From Fimbriimonadales bacterium (lineage in GTDB: Bacteria; Armatimonadota; Fimbriimonadia; Fimbriimonadales; ATM1), in NCBI GenBank assembly GCA_051003155.1, contig JBPCLO010000048.1, positions 12,635 through 76,634 on the forward strand: DNA of 64,000 bases, written 5' to 3'. This document shows, piece after piece, positions 62,601 to 64,000 of the stretch (position 1 is the first letter of the stretch; each line of letters starts with the position of its first letter). The notes under the pieces are model-generated. The model saw nothing but the letters and a program-made list of their open reading frames with translations, was not told where the DNA came from and did not search any database. Position numbers and translations under genes: made by a program.

Positions 62601-63994
62601 ATTTAGCGCCAGCCGACTATATCGTCCTCGCCCTGTTCTTCTGCGCCGTTCTTGCGCTGGGATTCAGCGCCAAGCTCAAAGAGAACTCCACGCTTCAACT
62701 CGTCGCGGCCGGGCGCGCCCTGACGATGCCGCTGTTCGTTGCCACACTCGTGGCGACCTGGTATGGTGGGGTGCTCGGGTCGGGCCAACTCTACGGCCTT
62801 TACGGGCTTGCCACCCTGACGATCAACGGTCTTCCCTACTGGACCTTCGGGGTTCTATTCGCGCTCATCATGGCCAAGCAGGTGCGGCGCGAACCGCAAA
62901 TCAGCATCCCTGAGCGAATCGAGCGTTGCTACGGCAAGACCTGTGGCCTCATATCCGCCGCCTTGGTAATCCTGCTGGCGTCGCCGGCGGCCTTCATCAT
63001 GATGCTCGGCTCGCTGCTCGCTATCTCGACCGGCATGGAGATCGTTCCCGCAACCGCGCTGGGGGCGGTTGTCGGCACGCTCTTCCTCTACCGAGGCGGG
63101 CTGCTGGCGGACGCGCGCAGCAATACCATTAGCTTCGTGATGATGTACGCAGCGTTCATCACAATCCTCGTCATCTCCATAGCCAAGTACGGCTCGCCGG
63201 CACATGTCGCGAGCCAGATCGAACCGATTAAGCGAACTTGGGACGCGGGCAACGGCCTAGCCTGGGTGCTGAGCTGGTTCCTGGTCGGATCGTGGACTTT
63301 CGTCGACCCCGGATTCCACCAGCGTGTCGCGTCCGTTCACGGCGAGCAGGCCGCGAAGCGAGGCGTCCTGCTCGCCGTCGTGTTCTGGGTGATCTTCGAC
63401 ACCATGACCACAATGACCGCGATGTACGCCATGCACGCTCTGCAGCCGCCGAAGTCTCTGGAACTTAACTTGTTCCCCATTTACGGGAGCGCCGTTCTGC
63501 CCGATGGCGTTAGGGGCGTTTTCTTCGCCGGCATGTTCGGGGCGCTACTCGCCGCCACAGTCGGCTACACGTTCATCTCCGGCTCCACCCTGGGGCGTGA
63601 TCTCCTCGGAAGGATCAAGGAGAACGCGACGGAGGCGCAGCTCACGCTCTACACCCGCGTCGGCCTGACTGTAGCGACCGTACTCGGAATCGTTCTGGCG
63701 CTTTGGGCTCAGGACATCGTCATCCTGTGGTACGCAGTCCCGAGCATGGTGATCCCGGGCTTATTCGTGCCGGTGATAGGCGCCTATGTCGCTCGTGTTC
63801 GCCCGGCGCCTTCCGTTGCTTTGGCTTGCCTCGTCCTCAGCAGCGCCGCGTCTCTTGGCTGGTATTTATACAACCTCAATTCGGAGCTCCCGGTCTACAA
63901 GCTATTGACACCCATGATCCTGGGAACGGCCGTGGCGGTCGTGATTTGGGGTCTCGGTTCTGTGATCTTGCCCAGAAGAGAAAACCATGGATAG
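62594..63994 (+). CDS. Sodium:solute symporter family transporter
   Basis: AGRALT..LFVATLVATWYGG, FVDPGFHQRV, multiple TM helices. Confidence 0.88.
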   Translation: MVNLAPADYIVLALFFCAVLALGFSAKLKENSTLQLVAAGRALTMPLFVATLVATWYGGVLGSGQLYGLYGLATLTINGLPYWTFGVLFALIMAKQVRREPQISIPERIERCYGKTCGLISAALVILLASPAAFIMMLGSLLAISTGMEIVPATALGAVVGTLFLYRGGLLADARSNTISFVMMYAAFITILVISIAKYGSPAHVASQIEPIKRTWDAGNGLAWVLSWFLVGSWTFVDPGFHQRVASVHGEQAAKRGVLLAVVFWVIFDTMTTMTAMYAMHALQPPKSLELNLFPIYGSAVLPDGVRGVFFAGMFGALLAATVGYTFISGSTLGRDLLGRIKENATEAQLTLYTRVGLTVATVLGIVLALWAQDIVILWYAVPSMVIPGLFVPVIGAYVARVRPAPSVALACLVLSSAASLGWYLYNLNSELPVYKLLTPMILGTAVAVVIWGLGSVILPRRENHG

Positions 63995-64000
63995 CGACCC

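Overview
GC-rich bacterial chromosomal window. The gene content (PEP-CTERM proteins, futalosine-pathway MqnE, HAF/SBBP propeller proteins) is compatible with Armatimonadota/Fimbriimonadales, but that assignment is inference only. Positions 1-35.3 kb hold the ribosomal-protein supercluster on the minus strand (fusA / tuf-rpsJ / rplC...rpsQ / spc / secY-adk-map-infA / rpmJ-alpha operon-truA). The cluster is repeatedly interrupted: fusA, tuf-rpsJ and rplC are separated by accessory islands and each has its own sigma70-like promoter; two paralogous exported proteins sit between rpsS and rplV; a divergent EF-G paralogue sits between rplE and rpsN; and an antisense GH-L10 glycosidase sits between infA and rpmJ. 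Positions 35.7-64 kb hold housekeeping and accessory genes (mqnE, uvrA, ribF, aminopeptidase, RRM protein, moeB, maf, E2 acyltransferase, a divergent dnaA, thiamine pyrophosphokinase plus SSS transporter) and several pseudogene remnants. The strongest novelty candidates are (i) a ~150-aa C-terminal domain shared by two unrelated secreted beta-propeller proteins, a possible sorting/anchoring domain, (ii) a pair of 45-bp palindromic elements in inverted orientation flanking the rpsJ-tuf-fusA block, and (iii) long structured leaders upstream of rplC and fusA. No rRNA, tRNA, CRISPR array or intact transposase was recognised.
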